A stretch of DNA of 64,000 nt from Octopus sinensis (lineage: Eukaryota). Shown here one piece after another: positions 12,043 to 24,778 of the stretch. Numbering within the stretch: the stretch's first letter is position 1; each line of letters starts with the position of its first letter. Location: the NCBI RefSeq assembly GCF_006345805.1, contig NC_043005.1:59272001-59336000 (forward strand), written 5' to 3'. Position numbers and translations under genes: made by a program. The notes beneath the pieces are model-generated. The model had not been told where the DNA came from. It worked only from the letters and a program-made list of their open reading frames with translations, and did no database searches.

Positions 12043-15010
12043 GTGTGTGAGTGTGCGTGTGGAAAGAGAGAGAGAGAGATTGAATTTGAATATATAGAAT
12101 ATAAAAGAAAGTGTAATTATAAATTTGACATCCAATGAGAGATTAAGAAAGAGGAGGTATCTTTGATATTGGAACTTAACCACTTGTGCGAAAAGTTACC
12201 AAGAAGAATACAAGAGTTTCAATGGAGGAAGAAAGGTAGGAGTAACGGAGAAAGATGTTCTATTTCAAATAACGATGAAGATATGCATTCATATGTGTTT
12301 GTGTATGTGTGCGTGCGTGTGTATGTGTGTATACACCGATACAAAAGGCTTCCATCCACTTTGTGTTTTTCCAATCTCCACTCACAAGCTATTTCTTCAA
12401 TGGACCGCTTACTAGGATCAAACATAAAACCACACAGTAGCGAAATGAGCTTCTTAGCTACACACGCATGCCTAATACTCAACTCCAAATATATTTAATA
12501 ATCTCATAATCCATTGTGTTAAGTTTCAAGCAAAGATCTCCATCGATTTATTCATTATATGAAACTGTCTGCTCTGTTCAGTTTATTTAGTTTTGTTTCT
12601 CTCTTCGTTTTATTGATTAACTTTTTTTAAGGCTGTTGTGTAAGATTACATCGAATTTTCATGCGATAATTCGACCTCTGATACTAATTAGATTAGAAGG
12701 ATCAATTTTTCTACATTTCTACCTTCACCTATAATGTTGTTAGCTAAATTTGTTCATTGATATGAAAATATACTTTTGACAAGTGCATGGAATAGTTTTA
12801 TTTTTAGATTTATTAAATAAGTTAATGATTGGGCGAGACGGTTACCACCTCCCAGATGCAATGATTTATTCACTTTCAGATAAAAGAAAGCAAAATCTCG
12901 TGAGAGTGAGGGAGAAATCTACCTTTCATTGTCTGAATTGTGAATATAGTCGAAATAATTCCTGGTAGAAATTGATAGACGTTATTTCCTAAAAGGTGGC
13001 GCAAGTGAATACAAATTACCAGTTTGAGTAACCAAAGAAAGAACGCATTCCCGTCGCATAACATGCTAGAAATAGCAACCTGATCTCCATAAAATCATAC
13101 CTTATCGTTTCAAAATATGATAAAACCTTTGAGAAAGGGAGTCTAAAGTTCAATATATCTGAACAGAAGGTAGAATGGTTATGGCTGAAACACCTTTAGT
13201 CATAAATCTTGTCAATCAAGTCTGATCTGGAGTGACACAAATACAGGAGAGTTATAATTGGTTGGTTGCATAACCTTCATTAGCAACGAATTTCTTATTT
13301 TCTTGTAGGCAAAATCAGTAGGCTGACAAATGGTTTGAATGGCAGAGAGAACCTACCGGCCTATATTTAATAAGTTACTCCTGTCTTTCATATTTAAGAC
13401 ACCTGCATATGGTACTTTATCTGGGACATTTTGTTAATGTACATAATCGACGTCACTACACTTTCTCCATTTCTGTATGTACATTATTCTTTCTTATCCC
13501 TACTAACTGGTTAGTGTATGCTTCGCGGAGGTGTTCCAATTACGCCAAAACATGCCACTGTCATCAGCAGCTTGTTTTAACCTTGCATCAAAACACTTAC
13601 ATGTAGATAAATTAAGTACCAGTTGATCACTGAGGTCCATATAATCTACAATTTCCTTCCCTCCAGATTTTCAGGTTTTGAGCACCTATAGTAGAAAAAA
13701 ATCATTAAGAAGTGAATACGCCAACTTGAAATAATCTAAAATTATCTGTACATAGTTTGAGCGTCTATACAGTCCTAACTTATGATGTCTAAAAATTTCC
13801 GTTACCTGATCTCATTGGAATTATCTCTCTTGTTAGTTTATTTCGTATTTTAAACAACCCTAGATGGAAAATTTGTCTACCATTTGCGTGGATAACATTA
13901 GTTGATCAAAGTTGAAAACCTGATTTTCCATACTGTAGATTCTAACGTATTATATTTAGTATATAAAACGCTCTCCTGAGTTACCTCCCCCGCTTCATCT
14001 TGTTGCAGTTTGCACTAAGTCAGCGTTGATTGAGATTTATGATCAGTAGCGTTTCAGTCATGACTCTCTTATCTCTTTGTGTCTATCTTAGTACAGTACC
14101 CACTCTAGTTTTGCAATTTTAAGCCAATATGAAGAAGGAATGGAACAAAACGAAAAGCGAAAGATGAATGAAGAATAGATTTAAATGCTCTTAATTAAGA
14201 AACGCCTAAAAACAACAAAATGTGTCAATGGGTCTCATTCTGAATTGAAAATATTCACCTCAAACCTTTTCTTTTTTCTGAAACACATTTGTCAGAGGAG
14301 ACAAAATGAAATTGGCTGTCATTAGAATCATGGTTCGCTAGATTGAAAACGATTTCTTCGTGAGGTTATCAAACGTCAGCAATTTGGCTGTACTTCAGAT
14401 CTACAATACCGCCCGCCCTATCTAAAAATATTATTTCCAAGTGTTGTTCTCGTAATATCCTAATATCATGAGTGTTGACTCGTTACAGATTACTACATCA
14501 TTGAATTCGCTTGTACCACATTCCTGGCGAAGTTATTAGTTAATCCTTATCTTTCCCTTTTTTATGGTGGTGGTGGTGGTGGTGGGGGATGAAGTGAATT
14601 TATAGCAACGCGTATTTTCTTTTAATTATTCTTCATATTTGATTTCTGCTTGACACTACACTTAAAAGGCAACTTGAAGTGATATTCTTCTCTTAGTTAA
14701 AGTTCAATCCCTAATCTAGCTAAACAAAGTAACCTGAAGAAGGTTGGAGACAATACCCATTAAAACGTTACTTCAAAACACTTCTGGGTCGATAAAATTA
14801 GTACAAGTTGAGCACCGGGAACCATATGAACAGACTAGTTCCCTCCAAAATTTCAGGCTTCGTGCGTCTATATTAGAAAGAATTATTGATAAGTGAAGAT
14901 GTCAGTTCAAATTAATGTAAAATATTTCAGTATAAAAGTAAACCAGGGAAGTTATATGTATTAGGGATAGGGACAGCTGTATTCGTGTTCTGTGGTGAAT
15001 TAGATAAAAA

Positions 15011-15064
<54 letters not shown>

Positions 15065-15623
15065 CAGCAGCAGCAGCAACCGCATTATTTTCATAGTACC
15101 AGTACGTCTGTATATTACATACTAAGCTTTTATGATTTCGTGTCATTTACTAAAACTGCTTTAAAAAGTCCCTCAAATCTCACCCCTAATATCTTGTAAG
15201 AAAGTACAGTGCATATTAAACAATTTTATTCTAGATTATCAACATCTGGAATCCCTTTGACCATAAAATTAAATAGTGTTCACACAAACACAACAAAAAT
15301 CTGCCTGTCGTTGAGTTACTTAAATCATGCTGGCAACTCGATATTACAGGGTGAAATAAATCAATGAAAACTATACTGACAGGCAACAGGTTTGGGTATT
15401 TAAAATTAGATTTTTCGTGTATTAGCTGAGCTCTTTAATCATTCTAAATTGCCTAGCGCCATATTTACACCGTTGCATTTTACTATCTCCTTCAAGTATC
15501 TTATAACTTTTCTGTATACGCCAAATCAGTTTAATAAAAGGTGCAACGACGCACGTAATTTTCTCGAACTACTCTTTTCCTTCCCAACGGGCTTTTTTCT
15601 TTTTTTCCTCTCACTCTCTCTCT

Positions 15624-15650
15624 CTGACGAAGAGCCATGCTCGAAATGTC
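15624..15650 (+). ncRNA. Minimal hammerhead-ribozyme motif (Penelope-type), one core-adjacent substitution
   Basis: CTGACGA-A-GAGC(CAT)GCTC-GAAA-TGTC. The usual form is GAAACGTC. Confidence 0.55.
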
Positions 15651-15790
15651 ACATCCCTACATTTTTCTATCTTAAACTTTCTCTGAGCATCAGTCTAGTA
15701 CATTTCCTACGGACTTCCATTTGACATTTGTTTTTTCTATTTTTCTTATGATTTTTCATTTGTCTACACACACGCACACACACAAACATA

Positions 15791-15857
<67 letters not shown>

Positions 15858-16394
15858 TGATATATATATAGTTATGGTTTATTCTGTTAACAACGTAGTA
15901 GAGTACAGTATAAAGCTCATCCACCTTCAGATTTCACCCTGTGTTATCCAGTAATAGTATTATGCGTACTTCTAGGTTTGTGCTTGGGCATCTGAGGTGT
16001 GTGAATAGATAATAGATAAAATCCTTCTTGTTGACTCCATAATGTTTTCAATGGATTCATTTCTTCAGGCGATATAAGATTAGTGGATGCTCAACAGAGG
16101 GATGTTTATCCCTTTTTACCAGTATGACGGTTACAGAAGTTTTGTGGGTATTTCATTGTGTATTTGATGGGGAAGGGATGGGAAGGTGATGGAAATAGAG
16201 GAAGGAATGGTGGCTATATGAGGATGGAGGTGTGTGTGTGTGATGGTGTTCGATCTATTCCGCTATTCATTCAGCAGATGTCAAGGATGGGCGGTACATT
16301 CTTTTGTTTGATTTCGTTTAAGGCATGATTATCTTCAATAAATAGTGAACTCAACAGGTCATCAGTTACTACTGCTATATTTATCAGTTGCAAA

Positions 16395-16625
16395 GGCGGC
16401 GAGCTGGCAGAACCGTTAGCACGCCGGGTGAAATGCTTAGCGGTATTTCGTCTGTCGTTACGTTCCGAGATCAAATTCCGCCGAGGTCGACTTTGCCTTT
16501 CATCCTTTCGGGGTCGATAAATTAAGTACCAGCTACGCACTGGGGTCGATGTAATCGACTTAATACCTATGTCTGTCCTTGTTCGTCCCCTCTGTGTTTA
16601 GCCCCTTGTGGGTAGTAAAGAAATA
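16395..16625 (+). mobile_element. Full-length SINE family A with 17-bp target-site duplication
   Basis: TATATTTATCAGTTGCA at 16376-16392 and 16626-16642. Confidence 0.95.
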
Positions 16626-16925
16626 TATATTTATCAGTTGCAGGGTTTTGTTGATTGAATAGATAAATGCTACTTTCTTATAGTGACCTTTTCATTGTTT
16701 CTGTCGTTATAGTGTATAGCATCTCAAATATTGGTTGGTTTGTTTATTTGTTCGAGTTCCTTCGCTGTTCTATGATGTGTTATTTCGTTTCAAAATATTT
16801 TTCAAATTCCAGAAATGATGTTTTGTACCTATGTTTACATGATGTGATCACCCCAGAGTGCATATTTATCCCGTCTTCCCTAAATGTGATTATTTTCATG
16901 GTTTCTTCTAGGCTTAGGTTTCTTT

Positions 16926-16975
<50 letters not shown>

Positions 16976-17399
16976 AAAGGAATAAATTTTTATAATTCTA
17001 ATCCAGAAACGCGTCCGTAATTAATCGAAGACTGTTTGATTTCATTATTTTTCTTCTTTTTACCTATGTGAGTTACAAATATTGTTATCTGTGGAGACAT
17101 TTTGTAAGAAGATGAAATAGCGGTCTTTTGCCTGCTGTTTCTAAATGTTCGGTATGTGGCGAAGCAACTTGTTGCTAAACCCTTAATTATTGTTATATAT
17201 ATCGTAATGTTGACAAACCAAAAACATAGCGAAACATCCGATGTCAATCATTCCAAAATAGGATTGAGGGTGAGTTACCACGTTTGTTCATGATGCCGAG
17301 GTGTTTTAACACTCGGCGCTTTGAGAGTGTATGCACACAACCACACCACGCTATTGCAGCCACCGGAAAATACACGAAGCATATACGTTAAATATATGC

Positions 17400-17435
<36 letters not shown>

Positions 17436-17770
17436 TAATAATAATAATAATAATGATAATTATATATATATATATATATAATATATATATATATATATAG
17501 TCAGATTTTGAACTCAAAAGCCATCACAAGGTTTCAACACTCTCGAATAGTAACCACACACCCACAGACTTTCGTATCCTTGCTGATTTGTTCGCATAAA
17601 CTTAAAATAAGTAAGCTCCGTTTATAGTAGGAGACTCGTTTGATTTTTTTTTTTTGGTATTTGGCAGTATAGATATACAGAAAATAGATATAAAGAAAAC
17701 CCATTAACAAAGCAACAACAGCAGAGGTTTGCTACCATTTAGGATATTGATTGAGGCTAAAGAAAATATT

Positions 17771-17811
<41 letters not shown>

Positions 17812-18807
17812 TATCCTTCAGCAATAAAGTAAGTCAAGGCGTGTATGTGAGTGAGTGTGTGTGTGTGTGTTGGTTTTAAATAGACAGGATGACGTGTTTA
17901 TGTTCCGTTTTTTCCCCTCAATGATAATCACTTACGTTGGCATAAAGCCATAGGTTCAGCACAAAAGTAGGATGTTTGCAGTGGTAGTGTTGTTCTTTTC
18001 TTTTGAATTTATTTTCTTCGTGCATCACTGGTATTTTTTTATCAACCTTGGTGATTGAAATAAAATTTAAAAAAAAACAACTCAAAAAGCAATCTGAACT
18101 CACATCTGTTGGATTTGAACTCAGTACAAGTACTCAGAAAAATAGAAAATAAAGTAAACAAAATACTGCAAGTTATTTTGAGCCAGTATTCGACTCTGTC
18201 CAAGCAATTATCTTCCAAGATATCTGACCTAACGATATTTTTACTCAGTGACTTTCTCCGTTTACAGACAGTGTGTCCGGCAGAACTTCATTCAATACAT
18301 CCGAAAAATTTTAATGTGCGATCAAGAAGCAAATTGAAACTAAATGATAAACAAACAAACAGAAATAAACACAAGCAAACAGTGGAATCAGTGATTTTCT
18401 TCTTGTCTTATATATATTTTATTATCTCTTCGAAAAATTGCGCTTGTAATAAAATACATCATTATTTTTATATGCTATTAATCACAAATCGTATAATATT
18501 GGTTTATAAATCACGATGTAAAAAGAAAGATGATTAAACTCGTTTTTTTTGTTGGTTTTGTTTTTATTTTTTGTTTGTTATTTTACAAATAGTAAACACT
18601 AAACAAGGAGATAAAATAGGCTAAATTAGAAAGAAAATATAAAGAAAATACAAAAATATAAGAAAATAAAAAGATACGTCAGCTAAATCACTTCAGTCTT
18701 TATATATTTTTAAAGATTTATTCGGAATGGTACATAACTTTCGAAAAATATGAAACTTATGACGAAGTATTTTCTGTTTTATTGTTGGCACAATTTTTTT
18801 CATATAT

Positions 18808-18998
18808 GCGCAGTTTTGGCTGTGTGGTAAGATACTTGCTTCCAAACCACACGGTTCCGAGTTTAGTCCCACTGCGTGGAACCAGTGGGACTAAACGTCT
18901 TCTGTTATCGCCTCGGTCCGACCAAAACATTGAGAGTAGATTTGGTAGACGGAAACTCAAAGAAGCTCGTCATATATATATATATATTTCTTTACTAG

Positions 18999-19040
<42 letters not shown>

Positions 19041-19301
19041 TCGTGACCACCGTGACCGACCAGACTATCAGATGTTGCTACACCTCGCTGGTCACAATGC
19101 GCTTCAAATGACACCACACCGCTGGCTAAGAGAGCAGAAGAAAGAGAGAAAGTTGTGGCGAAAGAGTACAGCAGGGTCGCCACCAACCCCTGCCGGAGTC
19201 TCGTGGAGCTTCTAGGTGTTTTCTAGGTGGGGCTTTGTGAATCGAAACCACGAACCTACGACCGCGAGTCCGCTGCTCTAACCACTGAGCCATTGCGCCT
19301 C

Positions 19302-19350
<49 letters not shown>

Positions 19351-19648
19351 ATACACACATACACACACACACACACAAACACGCACATACACACACACCC
19401 ACACATATATATATGTGTGTGTGTGTTTGTGTGTGTGTGCGTGTGTGTATGTGTATGTCTTTGTGTCTGCCCCCCACTCCCTTGAAAACCGTTGCTGGTG
19501 TGTTTACGTCAACGTAACTTAGTGTTTCGGTTAAAAAAAAGATCGATAAGAATAAGTACCAGCTTAAAGAAATAAGCCCCGACTAAAGCCCTTCAAGGCG
19601 GTGCCCCAACATGGCCACAGTCAACTGACTGAAGCAAGTAAAAAATTA
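18808..19648 (+). mobile_element. SINE family D split by a family-C SINE inserted in its internal (TA)n
   Basis: Head GGCTGTGTGGTAAGA...GATTTGGTAGACGGAAACT 18808-18975. Tail GGTGTGTTTACGTC...GACTGAAGCAAGTAAAA 19430-19648. Confidence 0.8.
19041..19304 (-). mobile_element. tRNA-derived SINE family C
   Basis: Reverse head GGAGGCGCAATGGCTCAGTGGTTAGAGCAGCGGACTCGCGG...GGTTTCGATTC. Similar to 63052-63346. Confidence 0.8.
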
Positions 19649-20254
19649 CAAGCTATATACACCCATCCATCCATCCATCCACCCATCCATCCATCCATCC
19701 CTACATACATGCATACATACATAGTCTCTCTTCTAATTGTGGATCGTTCGGATCCTGCTCACCTCCTCTCGATTCAAGTGTGGCTTAGAAGCCATACTAT
19801 ATATATATATATAATGCCTTCATGTTTGTTTACTTAAATCCTATAAGACATCATGTTCGTTTGAATTTCTCTTTACGAATTTTTATCCATTTCTAATATC
19901 CTATTAATCCTCTTCAAAGAACACTTTTTATGCTGATATATTACATAGTCAATCCCTATATTACATAAAATCTGAAACTTGCTCATACTATTTTCTTAAC
20001 ATATGATGGTCGTTTACTGCACCATCCTTTACAATTTTCGCCGTGGTCATTGCTGATCTTGGTTAGTTTTTTTTCTCTCTCTCCCTCTCTCTGTATTCCT
20101 CTCTGTCCCATTCTCACTCACATGCATATACATACATAGTGTATGCTTGTGTACATATATAGACACGCATATACATAAATGCATGTATATATTGTATATA
20201 AAAATACGTACACTAATACATATGTGTGTATATGTGCGCTTGACATTTTAATGG

Positions 20255-20874
20255 AGAACCCATTTCTAGTCACCAGTGACTATTCGATCCAAAAAGGTTC
20301 ATTTGTGAGACGTGACAGCAAAGAAGAGAACACATTCACTCTCTGCGCGTGATTAGACTCGGAACGTTTGTGAGGAACCCATTGACCCAATTTACTAACT
20401 TTTCCGATGGCATGCAGGTGTCAATGAATGGTTGAATGACCAAATCCAAGCTTTTCTGTTAGTTCCTCAACAGTTACGATGAAACTTTGTTTTGCAAAAC
20501 ATCCTCGTCGTGCTCTTCAAATCTTCTAAGATGAGGCTCATCTTTTAGGCTGTAGTTTCCGGGTGGGAATTTCTGGAACCACCGTTGGTACTGGCTAACG
20601 CTTATTGCCCGATTTCCATATACTGCACATATTCCTCGCACTCTCCATTGCGTTCTTGCCTTTATTGAACTCATGAAGCAAATTATGCTGAATATGCTCC
20701 TTTGTCACTTCCATTATAGCTTTGAGAAATTAACTGTTAAAATGGAACTGCACTCTTCAAAACTTGCAATAAGAATAAATATAAGGTAAAATTACTACCT
20801 GCTTTTATAGCAAGTTAATGCAGGTTGTTTATCCCGTCACCCTCCGACTCATGAAAATGAAAAAAATGCATTTT

Positions 20875-20880
<6 letters not shown>
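20255..20880 (-). mobile_element. Mariner 5'-half relic, same family as 31070-32718
   Basis: ICAVYGNRAISVSQYQRWFQKFPPGNYSLKDEP and FLDRIVTGD*KWV. The 5' UTR matches 31085-31260. Confidence 0.85.
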
Positions 20881-20923
<43 letters not shown>

Positions 20924-20930
20924 TGTGTGT

Positions 20931-21384
<454 letters not shown>

Positions 21385-21420
21385 GTTTATATATATATAT
21401 ATATGTATATGTATATATGT

Positions 21421-21470
<50 letters not shown>

Positions 21471-21558
21471 AATATATGCATATACACACGTACATTAATT
21501 ATTATATATTATATGTTATTTAATATATTTTATATATTATTTAATATATATTATATAT

Positions 21559-21628
<70 letters not shown>

Positions 21629-21770
21629 CACACACACATACATACATAAATACTCAATACACTCGCACATACACACAGCGTCAGCGATCGGCCACTAACG
21701 TTATTATTTTTAGGAATAATAATGTTATCTTATATTCATACATATATATGTATACACCCCCACATACCTG

Positions 21771-21831
<61 letters not shown>

Positions 21832-22424
21832 ATATACACACATTTATATCTGTTTGTATGTGTATATGCCTGTCTGTTTTTCTCTATATATACATGTATA
21901 TTTATCATGAATGTAGGTTTTTATGTATGATTCTATGCATTTATGTGTGTGTGTGTGTATGTTTTTGGTTGTATTTGTGTGTGTGTGCGTGTGCGTGTGT
22001 TTGTGAATGTGTGTGTTCAAGTTTTTATATTTGATCATGTAGTGATATATTTCTCTTATATCGAAAAAAAATCTGCAATGGCATCTACATTAATCCGGAT
22101 ATAAATGCTGCAATGACGATGTTCGAGAGCCAAGATCTACGTCCATTTTATATGGACGACTTAAGAAACCAAGCCTTTTAAAACAGAAATTTATTGTTTT
22201 GTTTCTATTTACTAAGATTTACCTCTTCCATAATATATGTTTCTGTTGTTAACGAACTGGTTCCTTTGTATTAGTCAGTTTTGAAATGTTTCCACGAATG
22301 TTTCATGTATAGTTTGCAGTTGTAGCAGCAAATTGTCATCTTTTGTCAGAAATCGGTTAGTTATCAAGGTGGGTATCTGCCCCGGGTATAAAAGTTATCG
22401 GTATTGACCATATATTGGCAGGCT

Positions 22425-22560
22425 TCAATCGGTCGAATTTCCTCAAATGCTTATTTAATAAATTTCGATACTATAGGTTGATTGATCGAATTTCATAAGA
22501 CAAGCAATTGCCCGTATTTCATCAGACAGCTGATGGAATTTCATCAGCCCGACAGAATTT
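22425..22560 (+). repeat. Shorter, more decayed array of the same 26-bp unit (about 5 units)
   Basis: ggtcgaatttcctcaaatg, ttgatcgaatttcataagac, gacagctgatggaatttcatcag. Same orientation as 25081-25640. Confidence 0.7.
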
Positions 22561-22640
22561 TTATAGACTATAGAAGAGGACTTAGTATAGGTTACATACG
22601 ATAAGTTACAGTGTAGGTTATAGACTTAACTTACTAGCTA

Positions 22641-22806
22641 TGTAAATAGAGAATACTAACGAGTTCTCTATGGATACCGTATTTATTACGAGTGGTTTGT
22701 AAACGTATCTAACGAGCGAAAGCGAGTTAGATACGTTTACAAGCCACGAGTTGTAATAAATACGGTATCCATAGGGAATGAGTTGGGTATTTTATTTATT
22801 ACACAC
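22641..22806 (+). repeat. Long imperfect inverted repeat (hairpin) at the recombinase-element 3' end
   Basis: 22692-22713 pairs with 22726-22747 (21/22 plus one T.G). 22663-22689 pairs with 22750-22779 (two G.T, 3-nt bulge). Apex GCGAAAGC 22716-22723. Confidence 0.95.
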
Positions 22807-23134
22807 GAATAAACGACCATATTTTATTAATTTAATAATTAAATTCTTCACATCATGTTGAAGCGCGCATGAATACAGCTTGATTTCACGTCAGTGACGT
22901 CACAATGTGTAACTGTAAAAGGTGTCATGCCGCAGGAAGATAGTCCGACTTTATAACGCTAAGTTTTCAGGTGAAATGACTGATAACTGATGACTATTTA
23001 ACATTTTGTTAACATTCAAGTTCACGTTCAAGAAATACATAACACAGATTGAATCTTCAATAACTTTAATAATACTCAAACATGTTTTCGAGTAGCAATG
23101 TCAGTCAGAGTAGAGCACAATAGTCCAGGAAAAC

Positions 23135-24778
23135 TTAACAATCCTGATTATCTGTGAGACGAGGTCGCTTTGCATCTGAACCAAAGAAGTTCACATTGAT
23201 TGTTCCCCCATATATTGGAGCCGAGAAAATGGAGTGCAATGAACCAAAGCAAGTGACAGCGTTCCGAGATTGACTCGACGTAACGTTGACGGTGGAGGGG
23301 AGTTCACTTGCACTCATTGCTGCTGTGTGTGACGGAGGTACAAGCGAACCAGGCTGGTCGTTGTTGCTACTAAGGATGTTACTGATGGCACGATGACGAT
23401 CCATGGAAATATTGCTGTAACTATTGATGCTTTGCACATTACGATGTCCAGATATCTGCATGATTTCAGTTGGAGGAATGTTCTGGTCAGCGAGCTTCTG
23501 TACAAGGTATTTGCGTGCTGAATGGTTCGTGAATCTTCGATTGTCCAAACCAGCTGATTTAGCCATCCTTTTCATAATTGTACCTAGTTTGTTGACACCG
23601 ACCGGTTGACGTTTAAACCACGGATGAGAATGGGAGGCATCTTTGCAGTTGGTGGCCAAATAAAATGGTGAATCCGGCGATGAATAATCTGATGGTCTCA
23701 GATCAGCAAAACGCTTGTACAGGTTAACTGGACAACGCTCATCATTCGTCGCCCATGCTTTTGGGTAGATGTTACGTGCATGGTCGAGATTATCACCTTG
23801 ACAAGTTTTGGACTGTCGCTCCCTAAACTGAAGGAATTCCTTGCCTTCATTGTCAACATGCAAAGAAACGTCGCCCCATCACATGTCGTTGTGAGGTTTG
23901 ACACTCCGGATACCAAAGTGAACGGTGTTGTTCCACCATAGCGTGTTGAGGATGGATTCAGGTGTGTTCGGACCGAGCTGGTCACATTCCCATAGCTTGT
24001 TGATATCATCGTCGGAGAGAGATTCCGCGCGTTAAGGTAGGTTTCCCATTCCTTCACTTTTCAACAGCTTTTGCTTCATTTTTAGTACGTCATGTAGTTT
24101 CACGATGTCCCGTCCGAGAATAGTGACGTCGAGTAGTGTTTTGACTTCAGATATCTTTCAATACTGGATAACATTCCCCTCAAAGATGAAGGTTCATAGT
24201 TGCTACCGTTCGGCTTTCGTAACGAAATAAAGAAAGTACAGAGAATGTCACAAAGTTCGCTTTTTTTCGATAGATTCAATTGGACGCGTGTCGCCATTTG
24301 TCGCCATGAAAGCAAACAATCGTTTAACATCATAGTTTGTTTTCCGAAGAGTATTTTTATTTTGATTACCTTGAACGAATTTATCAATTCCAGAATGATC
24401 ATACCTCGGTTGAAATTCAAGATCATTATGGCTATCATCAAAGAAATCGCCACGAAGAAGATCATTGTACACCTCATCAGGGATGTTAAATGCAAGGTTC
24501 GATGACAATCCACTCGTCGATGACACTGTTTCAGGTACCTTTGTTAACCTGTATCCAGCAACATGTCGAATTTGGCCAGTATTTATCTTCACATTGAACA
24601 TTCTGTATGTTCCAAGAGGTTGAACAACGGATAATAATCTTCCCCCATCTTTACCATTAATCTTAACAAAATCATTCACCTTGATATCGATAACATTAAC
24701 TATCTTGTTGATAGATCTATCTGCACTGCAACAGTATCGACGAGCAGACGATATATGTTGTGATTTTTTTGGCAACAA
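23135..24778 (-). pseudogene. Tyrosine recombinase, Crypton/DUF3504 family (ZMYM/QRICH1/KCTD1-related domain), about 547 codons when repaired
   Basis: Hand reconstruction: ...IDKFVQGNQNKNTLRKTNYDVKRLF...[+1 fs in T7 run 24261-24267] ELCDILCTFFISLRKPNGSNYEPSSLRGMLSSIERYLKSKHY [-1 fs near 24110] VKLHDVLKMKQKLLKSEGMGNLP*RAESLSDDDINKLWECDQLGPNTPESILNTLWWNNTVHFGIRSVKPHNDM*WGD...RERQSKT...RCPVNLYKRF...PFYL...WFKRQPVGVNKLGTIMKRMAKSAGL...FTNHSARK...IMQISGHRNVQSINSY. Stops at 24032-24034 and 23879-23881. Catalytic R 23906-23908, H 23522-23524, R 23513-23515, H 23444-23446, Y 23417-23419. Confidence 0.92.

Noticed and set aside
16041-16068. Third hammerhead candidate on the minus strand (CTGAAGA-AATG-aatc-CATT-GAAA)
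   Set aside because: The core and stem II are present, but no convincing stem III or NUH cleavage site follows.
23135-23863. 242-aa ORF as an intact host gene (ZMYM/QRICH1/KCTD1)
   Set aside because: The upstream part of the same frame has stops and frameshifts. There are no zinc fingers or BTB domain and no evident introns, and the ends are transposon-like. No gene symbol assigned.
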